From: Hyalangium minutum
GTDB lineage: Bacteria > Myxococcota > Myxococcia > Myxococcales > Myxococcaceae
Reading direction: 5' to 3'
Length of the DNA stretch: 64,000 nucleotides
Assembly: GCF_000737315.1 (NCBI RefSeq)
Contig: NZ_JMCB01000003.1
Coordinates: 310,001 to 374,000 of the forward strand
In this document: positions 30,145 to 38,867 of the stretch, one piece after another
Layout: each line of letters starts with the position of its first letter
Numbering within the stretch: the stretch's first letter is position 1
The notes under the pieces: model-generated
Databases searched by the model: none
The model's input: the letters and a program-made list of their open reading frames with translations, nothing else
What the model was told of the DNA's origin: nothing
Translations under genes and position numbers: made by a program

Positions 30145-31674
30145 TTACACGGGCAGTACGCCGTGCTTCTTCTCCGGGCGAGGCTGGTAGCGGCGCGAGT
30201 AGGTCTCGAAGCGCTGGGTCAGCTCATGACGCAGCCGGTCACCGGGGACGATCTCGTCCACCACCAGCTCGCTGGCCAGCTTGTAGATGTCCACGTCCGC
30301 CCGGTACTCGTCCCGGAGCTGCTGGACGTAGGCGGCACGCTCGGCCTCGGGCTTCTCCTGGATCTTGTTGAAGTACACGGCGTTCACGGCGGCCTCGGGG
30401 CCCATGACGGCGATCATCGCCTGGGGCAGCGCCAGGGTGGCATCCGGGGCGAAGCCGGGGCCGGACATGGCATAGAGCCCCGCGCCGTAGGCCTTGCGCA
30501 CCACCACGCAGATGCGCGGCACGCTGGCCTCGGACACGGCGGAGATCATCTTCGCGCCGGCGCGGATGATGCCCGCGCGCTCCACCTTGGTGCCGATCAT
30601 GAAGCCCGGCACGTCCGCCAGGTAGAGCAGCGGGATGTTGAAGGCATCACACAGCCAGATGAACCGGGCAGCCTTGTCCGCCGAGTCCACGAAGAGCACT
30701 CCCCCCTTGTACTTGGGCTGGTTGGCGACGATGCCCACCGGGCGGCCGTTGATGCGGCCCAGGCCGGTGACGATCTCCTGGGCGAAGAGCTTCTTCACCT
30801 CGAACCAGCTGCCCTCGTCGATCAGCTCGTTGATGAGGGCGTACATGTCGAACGGCTTGTTCTGATCCGCGGGGATGAGCTCGTCCACGCGCTTGCCGCT
30901 GGCCTTGGGGGCCTTGGGCGCGGCGGCGGGCGGCGGCTGGCTGAAGTTCTCCGGGAAGAAGCTGAGGTAGTGCTTGGCCGCCTCGATGGCCTCGGGCTCC
31001 GTCTTCACCAGCACGTCGCCGCAGCCGGAGATCGAGCAGTGCATCTTCGCGCCGCCCATCTCCTCGAGCGTCACCTTCTCGCCGATCACCATCTCCGCCA
31101 TGCGCGGGCTGCCCAGGTACATGGAGGCGTTGCCGTCCACCATGATGACCAAATCACAGAACGCGGGGATGTAGGCGCCGCCGGCCGCCGAGGGCCCGAA
31201 CAGCAGGCAGATCTGCGGCACGAAGCCGGACAGGTGCACCTCGTTGTAGAAGATGCGGCCCGCGCCGCGGCGGCCGGGGAACATCTCCACCTGATCGGTG
31301 ATGCGGGCGCCCGCCGAGTCCACCAGGTACAGCAGCGGACAGCGCAGCGTGCGGGCCGTCTCCTGGATGCGGAGGATCTTCTCCACGGTGCGAGCGCCCC
31401 AGCTTCCCGCCTTCACGGTGGAGTCGTTGGCCATGATGGCGACAGTGCGGCCGGCCACCTTGCCCAAGCCGATGACGACGCCGTCCGAGGGCAGCTCGGA
31501 ATCGGCGTTGTTGGCGAGCTTGGCGTCCTCGATGAAGGAGTCCGCGTCCACCAGCAGGCGGATGCGCTCGCGCGCGAAGAGCTTGCCCGCCTCTTTGTTC
31601 TTCGCGTGGTACTTCTCGGCGCCGCCCTTCTCTACGTCGGCGATCTTCTGGAGAAGCTTCTGGTCGTAGGACAT
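30145..31674 (-). CDS. liuB: Acyl-CoA carboxylase carboxyltransferase subunit (methylcrotonyl-CoA carboxylase beta, LiuB-like)
   Basis: DSAGARI, GPSAAGGAY, MGGAKMH, DVPGFMIG, RKAYGAG. Confidence 0.85.
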   Translation of the reverse strand: MSYDQKLLQKIADVEKGGAEKYHAKNKEAGKLFARERIRLLVDADSFIEDAKLANNADSELPSDGVVIGLGKVAGRTVAIMANDSTVKAGSWGARTVEKILRIQETARTLRCPLLYLVDSAGARITDQVEMFPGRRGAGRIFYNEVHLSGFVPQICLLFGPSAAGGAYIPAFCDLVIMVDGNASMYLGSPRMAEMVIGEKVTLEEMGGAKMHCSISGCGDVLVKTEPEAIEAAKHYLSFFPENFSQPPPAAAPKAPKASGKRVDELIPADQNKPFDMYALINELIDEGSWFEVKKLFAQEIVTGLGRINGRPVGIVANQPKYKGGVLFVDSADKAARFIWLCDAFNIPLLYLADVPGFMIGTKVERAGIIRAGAKMISAVSEASVPRICVVVRKAYGAGLYAMSGPGFAPDATLALPQAMIAVMGPEAAVNAVYFNKIQEKPEAERAAYVQQLRDEYRADVDIYKLASELVVDEIVPGDRLRHELTQRFETYSRRYQPRPEKKHGVLPV

Positions 31675-31750
31675 GGCGGGGGGCCACATACCAGAAAAGA
31701 CGCTCGGCTGGCTGCTCTCAGGAAGTGTTGAGTGGAGCAACCCGTCGGCC

Positions 31751-31780
31751 GTTGGACCGACCGACCGACCGGTGGGCAAC
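31751..31780. promoter_or_regulatory. (GACC)4 tandem/near-palindromic element in liuB/ytxH divergent region; candidate TetR-type operator
   Basis: gttggaccgaccgaccgaccggtgggcaac. Confidence 0.35.
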
Positions 31781-31898
31781 TAGGAAAGATTTTTCACGGG
31801 ATGCCGCGACGCGCCCCCCTGCCTACTTTGAAGGCTCAACGGGGGACAAAAACCGTTGGGGCGCGGTGCTCCCGGAACCATCGGCCCAGGAGGGAACC

Positions 31899-32243
31899 AT
31901 GTTCGCGACGAAGGCAAAGTGGGCGGCGAAGAGCGGCATCTATCGGAAGTGGTTGGCGCATAAGTTCCTGAACGACATTCCGCGTGTCGCGAAGGACAAG
32001 TGGGAGGATTTCGACGTGGATGAGCTGCTGCATGCGGTGGGTCTGACCACCTACAAGCCGGCCAAGGCGGGCTTCGGCACGCTGGGCGTGTTCATCATCG
32101 GCGCGGCGGTGGGCAGCATCGCGGCCCTGCTGCTGGCGCCCACCCCTGGCACCGAGCTGCGTACCCAGGTCAAGGACAAGGCCATGGGCTACCTGAACAA
32201 GCAGAACCTGGGCATCGGCCAGGAGAAGACGGCGAGCGCCTAG
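31899..32243 (+). CDS. YtxH-like small membrane protein
   Basis: GGAG RBS; GAAVGSIAALLLAPTPGTELR YtxH motif. Confidence 0.8.
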   Translation: MFATKAKWAAKSGIYRKWLAHKFLNDIPRVAKDKWEDFDVDELLHAVGLTTYKPAKAGFGTLGVFIIGAAVGSIAALLLAPTPGTELRTQVKDKAMGYLNKQNLGIGQEKTASA

Positions 32244-32320
32244 GTCTGAGCGTTTGTTGGCGGTAACAGACGGAGCCGTCGGGGCGGGGGCGCCTCGGCG
32301 GCTCTGGCTGTTTGCGGGGC

Positions 32321-33097
32321 TCAGCGGCCCTTGTAAACGGGCGGACGCTTCTCCGCGAAGGCGCGCAGGCCCTCGAGCCGATCCTCTGTCTTCAGGACTT
32401 CCTCGTACTTGCGCAGCTCCAGCGCCAGCGCTGCCTCCAGCTCCAGGCCCATGCCCTCGTTGATGGCGTGCTTGGCGGTGGACACCGCGATCGGCGCGTT
32501 ATCGACGATCGCCTCCGCCAGCGAGAACGCCGTCTCCAGCAGGTGGCCCTCCGGCGCCAGCCGGTTCACCAGCCCCACGCTGAAGGCCTCGGCCGCGTTC
32601 ATCCGCCGCCCTGTGAGGATCAGATCCTTCGCCCGCCCCGGCCCAATGAGCCGGCTCAGCCGCTGGGTGCCGCCACCCCCTGGGATGATCCCCAGCTTCA
32701 CCTCCGTCAGCCCCAGCTCCGCCGCCGGCGCCGCCACCCGGAGATCGCACGCCAGCGCCAGCTCCGTCCCTCCGCCGAACGCCGCTCCGTTGATCGCCGC
32801 GATGAACGTGCAGTCGCTCTTCTCGATTGCCCGGAACGTCTGCCGCAAACCATCGAGGAACGCCCGCACCTCGGGCTCACTCATCGTGGCGCGCTCCTTC
32901 AGATCCGCTCCCGCGCAGAACGCCTTGTCCCCCGCCCCCGTGATGATGACCGCACGGACCTGCCGCCCGCTGGAGACCCGCCCCACCATCTCCCCGAGCT
33001 CCCGGAGCATGGCCCGGCTGATCGCGTTGCGCCGGTCCGCCCCGTCGATGGTCCAGATCTCGATGGCTCCCCGTGCGTCGATCTTGAACTCTGCCAT
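32321..33097 (-). CDS. liuC: 3-methylglutaconyl-CoA hydratase (LiuC), crotonase family
   Basis: [38 protein letters not shown]; closely resembles M. xanthus LiuC as I recall it. Confidence 0.9.
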   Translation of the reverse strand: MAEFKIDARGAIEIWTIDGADRRNAISRAMLRELGEMVGRVSSGRQVRAVIITGAGDKAFCAGADLKERATMSEPEVRAFLDGLRQTFRAIEKSDCTFIAAINGAAFGGGTELALACDLRVAAPAAELGLTEVKLGIIPGGGGTQRLSRLIGPGRAKDLILTGRRMNAAEAFSVGLVNRLAPEGHLLETAFSLAEAIVDNAPIAVSTAKHAINEGMGLELEAALALELRKYEEVLKTEDRLEGLRAFAEKRPPVYKGR

Positions 33098-33199
33098 GTG
33101 CGCTCCCCTTCCTGGCCCTGTGTCGGGCCGCCGCTGAGCGGGGCAGCCTGCGGCGTTGGAGCAGGTCTGGCAAGGCTGAAGCGGTTACAGTGGAGAGCT

Positions 33200-35131
33200 A
33201 TGCGCACCGCGTCGAGCCGCCTGATCCGTCTGGCCCCCTGGCTGCTGCCCCTGGTGGCACTGATTCCCCTCGTGGCCCTCGCCCGCGGAGGCGGCGGAGA
33301 GCACTACAGCCGAGGCAGCCGCGACAGCGGAGGTGATGGAGGCAGCGACGGCCTCTTCTACATCTTCTTCCGCCTCATCGAGCTGGTCTTCTATTACCCC
33401 AAGATCGGCATCCCCCTGCTCATCGGCTTCGGCATCTTCTGGTACTTCTACAAGCGCAACCTGCACCCCACCGGAGCCACCCAGCGGGCCATCGAACGCC
33501 GGGAGGCCGAGCAGCGCACCCGCGTTGCTCCTCAGGATGTCCAGGCCTGGGTCCAAGCGCTCAAGTCCAAGGATCCTCAGTTCGAACTCGAGGCCGTGCT
33601 CGGCAAGGTGCGCCAGCTCTTCCCCACCCTGCAGGAAGCCTGGTTCAAGCGCGAGCTCACGCCCATTCGCCCGTTCCTCTCGGATGCCACCTACCAGCGC
33701 TTCGCCGTGCAGCTCCAGCTCATGGCTGACCAGGGCATCCGCGACGCCATCTCCGACGTGCGGCTGTTGGACTTGCAGCTCCTCGGCATCGAACAGAGTG
33801 AGTGGTTCGACAGCATCCACGTGCGGGTGCGCGCCGAGATGCGCGACACGGACGTGCCCGCGAGCTTCTCGGACGAGAAGGCCCTTGCCGCCGCCCGCGG
33901 CGCCCCCGTGGAGTCCTTCACCGAGGTGTGGACCTTCGTGCGCAAGCCCGGTGCCCAGACGCGCATGGGCCAGGACCTCTACCAGGGCAAGTGCCCCCAC
34001 TGCGGCGCGCCCTATAAAGGAGGCGCCACCAATGCCTGCGAGTACTGCGGCGCGGTGGTCAACTCCGGCAACTACGACTGGACGCTCTCGGAGATCACCC
34101 AGGGCATCGAGTTCAACCGCTACCTCTCCGACGTGCCCGGACTGCGCGAGGCCCGCCGGGACGATCCCGCCCTCAACCTGGAGAGCCTCGAGGACCGCAC
34201 CTCGCTCTTGTTCTGGAAGTGGATCGAGGCGCAGAGCCGCGGCGACGTGAACCTCCTGGCCCAGGTGGCTCCTTCCCAGATGCTCTCCCGGCTCGGCGAC
34301 GAGCTGTCCCGCCTGAACCAGCAGGGCCGCCGCCGTGTCATCCTCGAGTGCGCGGTGGGCGCCGTCACCACCCGCGCCTTCGAGCTCCACCCGGACGGAG
34401 ACGATCTGGCCCATGTGGAGATCCGCTGGAGCGCGCGCATGGGCGTGGGGCCCGCCGGACAGCGCCCACCGCAACTGCCCACCGTGCCCCAGCGCTGGGT
34501 CTTCACCCTGGCACGCAAGCACGGAGCCCAGACGAACACCTCCAACGGCATGGGCACGAACCGGTGCCCCCAATGCAATGCCCCCCTGACGGGCAACGGT
34601 GCTGCCTCGTGTGAGTTCTGCGGAGCTCGGCTGGGCACCGGCGAGCAGGACTGGGTGTTGGCTGCCACCTCGCTCCTGGAGACCTGGGAGGCCCGTGAGC
34701 GCCAGCGGCGGATGTCGGGGGGTGGGTTCCCCTCCCCTACTCCCCTTCAGGAAAAAAAACCTGCCGTGCCCGAGGCCTTCGGGGGGGATGCCGTCATGGA
34801 CGTCCAGGATCGCGAGCGGCTCCTCTATATGATGGCTGCCATTGCTGCGGCGGATGGGGCGGTGGACGCCTCGGAGCGCAAGCTGCTCAAGCTGTGTGCC
34901 ACCCGCTGGAGCATTCCCTGGCAGAACGTGGAGATGGCGCTCAACTCCGGCGAGTCCCTCTTCGGCAAGCTCATCCCCCGGGGCAGCCCCGAGGCCGCCG
35001 TCTTTCTGCGACATCTCGTGCAAATGGCGCTCGTGGATGGCCGTGTAGACCGCAAGGAGCGCCGGATGCTGGAGGCTGCGGCCGGGCACCTCGACCTGCG
35101 CCCACAGCTTGAGGCTATGCTTCGCGGGTAG
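33200..35131 (+). CDS. Membrane protein with duplicated Tim44-like + zinc-ribbon units and C-terminal TerB-like domain
   Basis: Signal + TM; EVWTFVR..CPHCGA..CEYC..DWTL repeated as RWVFTL..CPQCNA..CEFC..DWVL; AAADGAVDASERKLL and DGRVDRKERRML. Confidence 0.75.
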   Translation: MRTASSRLIRLAPWLLPLVALIPLVALARGGGGEHYSRGSRDSGGDGGSDGLFYIFFRLIELVFYYPKIGIPLLIGFGIFWYFYKRNLHPTGATQRAIERREAEQRTRVAPQDVQAWVQALKSKDPQFELEAVLGKVRQLFPTLQEAWFKRELTPIRPFLSDATYQRFAVQLQLMADQGIRDAISDVRLLDLQLLGIEQSEWFDSIHVRVRAEMRDTDVPASFSDEKALAAARGAPVESFTEVWTFVRKPGAQTRMGQDLYQGKCPHCGAPYKGGATNACEYCGAVVNSGNYDWTLSEITQGIEFNRYLSDVPGLREARRDDPALNLESLEDRTSLLFWKWIEAQSRGDVNLLAQVAPSQMLSRLGDELSRLNQQGRRRVILECAVGAVTTRAFELHPDGDDLAHVEIRWSARMGVGPAGQRPPQLPTVPQRWVFTLARKHGAQTNTSNGMGTNRCPQCNAPLTGNGAASCEFCGARLGTGEQDWVLAATSLLETWEARERQRRMSGGGFPSPTPLQEKKPAVPEAFGGDAVMDVQDRERLLYMMAAIAAADGAVDASERKLLKLCATRWSIPWQNVEMALNSGESLFGKLIPRGSPEAAVFLRHLVQMALVDGRVDRKERRMLEAAAGHLDLRPQLEAMLRG

Positions 35132-35256
35132 GGACAAGCGTCCACGAGCCAACACAGTGCTAACCCCGCAGCGCAATATGCGGTGGTGAACCCTTCTCCG
35201 GATGATCCAAACGGTACGGAAGGAAACACTGCCCCGTACCTGGGGGGAGCTTACCA

Positions 35257-36882
35257 ATGACCGCGACTTCTGCTTCCTTGGCCGAGCCGGATCGGCTGAG
35301 CGAAGAGCTCTTCCACGCCCGGCACCAGGCCCTGCTGCGCGCCATCATCGATAACATCTCCGAGGGTGTCTCCATCACGGATGCCTCGGGCAAGTGGATC
35401 TACACGAGCGCCTTCGCCGAGCGGATCTACCAAACCGGTCCAGTCACCAGTGCCGATGTTCCCAACGAGGAGTTGACCACCCGGTTTGGCATCTTCCGCT
35501 CCGATGGGCAGACGATCTTCCCCGTGAACGAGCTGCCCGTCTGGCAGGCGCTGAAGGGCAAGCCGGCGCGGGATGTCCACATGGTCATCCGCAACGCGCA
35601 GACGCCTCAGGGACTCCACATCCGCTGCACCTGCATCCCCCTGTTCAGCGAACAAGGCGAGCTGCTGGGAGCCATGGCGCTCACCCAGGACGTGGACAAG
35701 CAGCGCCAGGCCGAGGCCGAGAAGCAGCGCTCCGAGCAACGCTACCGGGAGATCATCGAGACGGCTCAGGAAGGCGTCTGGACCATCGACGCCCAGGCGT
35801 GCACCACCTACGTCAACGGCTACATGGCCTCCATGTTGGGCTACACCGTCGAGGAGATGCTGGGCGAGCCCTTGTTCCGCTTCCTGGATGAGGAGTGCCG
35901 GCAGCAGGCCCTCAAGAACCTGGACCGCAGGGACCGCTCTCCCCGCGGAGAGGTGAAGGATTTCCGCTTCCTGCGTAAAGACGGCACCCCCATCTGGACC
36001 AGCATCTCCACCACCCCGCTCTTCGACGAGCAGGGCCGCTACTCCGGCTCGCTGGCCATGATCACTGACATCTCCCAGCGCCGCGCGGCGGAGGAGCAGG
36101 TGCGCCAGCTCAACGCGGAGCTGGAGCGCCGCATCTCCGAGCGCACCGCGCAGCTCGAGTTCTCCAACCGCGAACTGGAGGCCTTCGCGTACACCGTGGC
36201 GCATGATCTGCGCACTCCGCTGCGCAGCATTGCCAGCTTCAGCGACGCGCTGGTGGAGGACTGCGGCGGCCAGATCGACGAGGTAGGCCAGGACTACCTG
36301 CGCCGCATCGTCGGGGGCGCGCGGCGCATGGCCGAGCTCATCGACGGAATCCTCGCGCTCTCGCGCGTCAACAGCACCGCGCTGAGCACCCGTCCGTGCG
36401 ATCTGTCCGCCATGGCGCGCGTCGTGCTGGATCAGCTCCAGCAACTGCAGCCCGAGCGCAAGGTGCGGGTCAGCGTCCAGGAGGGGCTGGTGGAGCAAGG
36501 CGATGCCCAGCTCCTGCGCTCCGTGTTCGAGAACCTGCTGGGCAACGCCTGGAAGTTCACCCGCGAGCGCCCGGACGCGGAGATCTCCTTCAGCGCCATG
36601 CGCGACGAGAAGGGCCTGCGGACCTATGTGGTGCGCGACAACGGGGCCGGCTTCGACATGGCCTACCGCGAGAAGCTCTTCGGAGTCTTCCAGCGGCTGC
36701 ACACCCAGCAGGAGTTCGAAGGCAATGGCGTGGGCCTGGCCGCCGTGCAGCGCATCATCCGCCGCCACGGTGGCCGCATCTGGGCCGAGGGCCAGCCGGG
36801 CCGCGGCGCCACCTTCTTCTTCACCTTGAACGAGTACCCGCTGCCCCCGGGGACGTCTGCTTCTCTCCCTCCCAGGAAATGA
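35257..36882 (+). CDS. PAS-PAS sensor histidine kinase
   Basis: Two PAS/PAC domains, AHDLRTPL H-box, NLLGNAWKF, VRDNGAGF, GNGVGLA. Confidence 0.93.
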   Translation: MTATSASLAEPDRLSEELFHARHQALLRAIIDNISEGVSITDASGKWIYTSAFAERIYQTGPVTSADVPNEELTTRFGIFRSDGQTIFPVNELPVWQALKGKPARDVHMVIRNAQTPQGLHIRCTCIPLFSEQGELLGAMALTQDVDKQRQAEAEKQRSEQRYREIIETAQEGVWTIDAQACTTYVNGYMASMLGYTVEEMLGEPLFRFLDEECRQQALKNLDRRDRSPRGEVKDFRFLRKDGTPIWTSISTTPLFDEQGRYSGSLAMITDISQRRAAEEQVRQLNAELERRISERTAQLEFSNRELEAFAYTVAHDLRTPLRSIASFSDALVEDCGGQIDEVGQDYLRRIVGGARRMAELIDGILALSRVNSTALSTRPCDLSAMARVVLDQLQQLQPERKVRVSVQEGLVEQGDAQLLRSVFENLLGNAWKFTRERPDAEISFSAMRDEKGLRTYVVRDNGAGFDMAYREKLFGVFQRLHTQQEFEGNGVGLAAVQRIIRRHGGRIWAEGQPGRGATFFFTLNEYPLPPGTSASLPPRK

Positions 36883-36886
36883 CACC

Positions 36887-37351
36887 ATGCACGAGTTCGA
36901 CCAGCGCCCCATTCTCCTCGTGGAGGACAACCAAGATGACGAGGTGCTCACCCTGCGCGCCTTCCGGAAGAGCAACATCCGCAACCCAGTGGTCGTCGCG
37001 CGAGACGGAGCCGAGGCGCTCGACTACCTCTTCGGCCGCAACGCCTACGCCCACCGGGACTTGAGCGTGATGCCCCAGGTCGTCCTGCTGGATGTCCACC
37101 TGCCCAAGCTGGATGGGCTCGAGGTGCTGCGCCACATCCGCGAGGACGAGCGCACCCGGATGTTACCCGTGGTGATACTCACCTCCTCCAACGAGGAGCG
37201 AGACTTGAGCGACAGTTACCAGTTGGGCGTCAACAGCTACGTGCGCAAGCCAGTGGACGTCACTTCCTTCTTCGAGGCGGTGCGGCAACTGGGCATGTAC
37301 TGGCTGGTGCTCAATGAGACTTCCTCCCGTGGGGGGGCGAGGCAGCCATGA
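36887..37351 (+). CDS. Single-domain response regulator (Rcp1-like)
   Basis: ILLVEDN, VLLDVHLPKLDG, LTSS, YVRKP. Confidence 0.93.
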   Translation: MHEFDQRPILLVEDNQDDEVLTLRAFRKSNIRNPVVVARDGAEALDYLFGRNAYAHRDLSVMPQVVLLDVHLPKLDGLEVLRHIREDERTRMLPVVILTSSNEERDLSDSYQLGVNSYVRKPVDVTSFFEAVRQLGMYWLVLNETSSRGGARQP

Positions 37352-38865
37352 GCGGAACTTCGCTGCACCTGCTCCTTATCGAGGACTCCGAGGATGATGC
37401 GGCCCTCCTGCTGCGGGAGCTGCGGCGGGCGGGCTATGCCGTGACCCACACCCGCGTGCAGACGGCCGAGGAGCTCGAGCGGGCCCTGGGCGAGGGCACA
37501 TGGGACATCATCATCTCCGACTATTCCCTGCCCCGCTTCGATGGCCTGGCGGCGTTCGCCCAGGTGCAGAAGCGCGGGCTGGACGTGCCGTTCCTCATCG
37601 TGTCCGGGGCCATTGGCGAGGACACCGCCGTGGCGGCGATGAAGGCCGGCGTCCATGACTTCCTGCTCAAGGATCGGCTGGCGCGGCTGGCTCCGGCGGT
37701 GGCGCGCGAGCTGCGCGAGGCCCAGGTCCGCGCGGACCGGCGCCGGATGCAGGAGCAGCTGATGCTCTCCGAGCGGCTCTCCTCGCTGGGCATGCTGGCC
37801 GCCAGCGTGGCCCATGAGATCAACAACCCGCTGGCCTCGCTGATGATGAACCTGAGCTTCGCGCAGGAGCTCCTCCGGGGCGAAGTCCCTCCCGAGGAAG
37901 GACTGCAGGTGTTGCGCGAGGCCGTCGAGTGCTCCCAGCGCATCCGGGACATCGTCCAGGACATCAAGGTCTTCTCTCGTCCGGACGAGCAGGACTCCGG
38001 CCCCACGGATCTGCACCGGGTGCTGGACTCGTCGCTGCGCATGGCGCGCAACCACGTGGTTCACCGGGCCCAGCTCGTGACGGACTACGCGCAGGACGTC
38101 CCTCGGGTTCAGGGCAGCGAGGCCCGGCTGGGGCAGATCTTCCTCAACCTCATCATCAACGCGGCCCAGGCCATCCCCGAGGGCCACCGCGACGAGCACG
38201 AGATCCGCGTGGTGACGTCGCGCGAGCCCACCGGCGGCGTGCGGGTGGAGATCCGCGACACGGGCGTGGGCATCCCCGAGTCGCTGCACGAGCGCATCTT
38301 CGAGCCGTTCTTCACCACGAAGCCCGAGGGCGTGGGCACCGGGCTGGGGCTGTCCATCTGCCGCCGCCTCATCACGCAGATGGGCGGGAGCATCCGCGTG
38401 GAGAGCAAGCTCGGCCGAGGCACCACGTTCCAGCTCCACCTGCAGGAGGCCGCCGCGGTTGCGCGCGTCTCCTCCCGCAGGGCGGCGCGCCCCAAGTCCG
38501 GCCTGCACGTGCTCGTGGTGGATGACGACGTCCCCGTGGCCAAGGCCATCAAGCGCAACCTGAGCCGGCGTTACGAGGTGATCGCCCTGGATCGCGCTCG
38601 GGCGGCGCTGGAGCTCATCGCCTCGGGGCAGCGCTTCGATGCCATCCTCTGCGATCTCATGATGCCGGAGATGACAGGGCCTCAGTTCCACGAAGAGCTG
38701 CAGCGGCTAGCGCCCGAGCAGGCGCTGCGCGTCACCTTCATGACGGGAGGCGCCTTCACCTCCGAGGCTCGCGCCTTCCTGGCCACCACGCCCAACCCCT
38801 GTGTGGAGAAGCCCCTGGACATGGAGCGCCTGTTCCCCCTGCTGGAGGCCGCGCCGCAGCGCTAG
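37348..38865 (+). CDS. Hybrid REC-histidine kinase-REC protein
   Basis: N-terminal REC (IISDYSLP), AHEINNPL, NLIINAAQA, GTGLGL, C-terminal REC (LCDLMMP). Confidence 0.93.
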   Translation: MSGTSLHLLLIEDSEDDAALLLRELRRAGYAVTHTRVQTAEELERALGEGTWDIIISDYSLPRFDGLAAFAQVQKRGLDVPFLIVSGAIGEDTAVAAMKAGVHDFLLKDRLARLAPAVARELREAQVRADRRRMQEQLMLSERLSSLGMLAASVAHEINNPLASLMMNLSFAQELLRGEVPPEEGLQVLREAVECSQRIRDIVQDIKVFSRPDEQDSGPTDLHRVLDSSLRMARNHVVHRAQLVTDYAQDVPRVQGSEARLGQIFLNLIINAAQAIPEGHRDEHEIRVVTSREPTGGVRVEIRDTGVGIPESLHERIFEPFFTTKPEGVGTGLGLSICRRLITQMGGSIRVESKLGRGTTFQLHLQEAAAVARVSSRRAARPKSGLHVLVVDDDVPVAKAIKRNLSRRYEVIALDRARAALELIASGQRFDAILCDLMMPEMTGPQFHEELQRLAPEQALRVTFMTGGAFTSEARAFLATTPNPCVEKPLDMERLFPLLEAAPQR

Positions 38866-38867
38866 CC

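Noticed and set aside
35257-38865. PAS kinase/receiver/hybrid kinase trio as a novel system
   Set aside because: Common architecture in myxobacteria with all catalytic residues canonical; nothing distinctive visible
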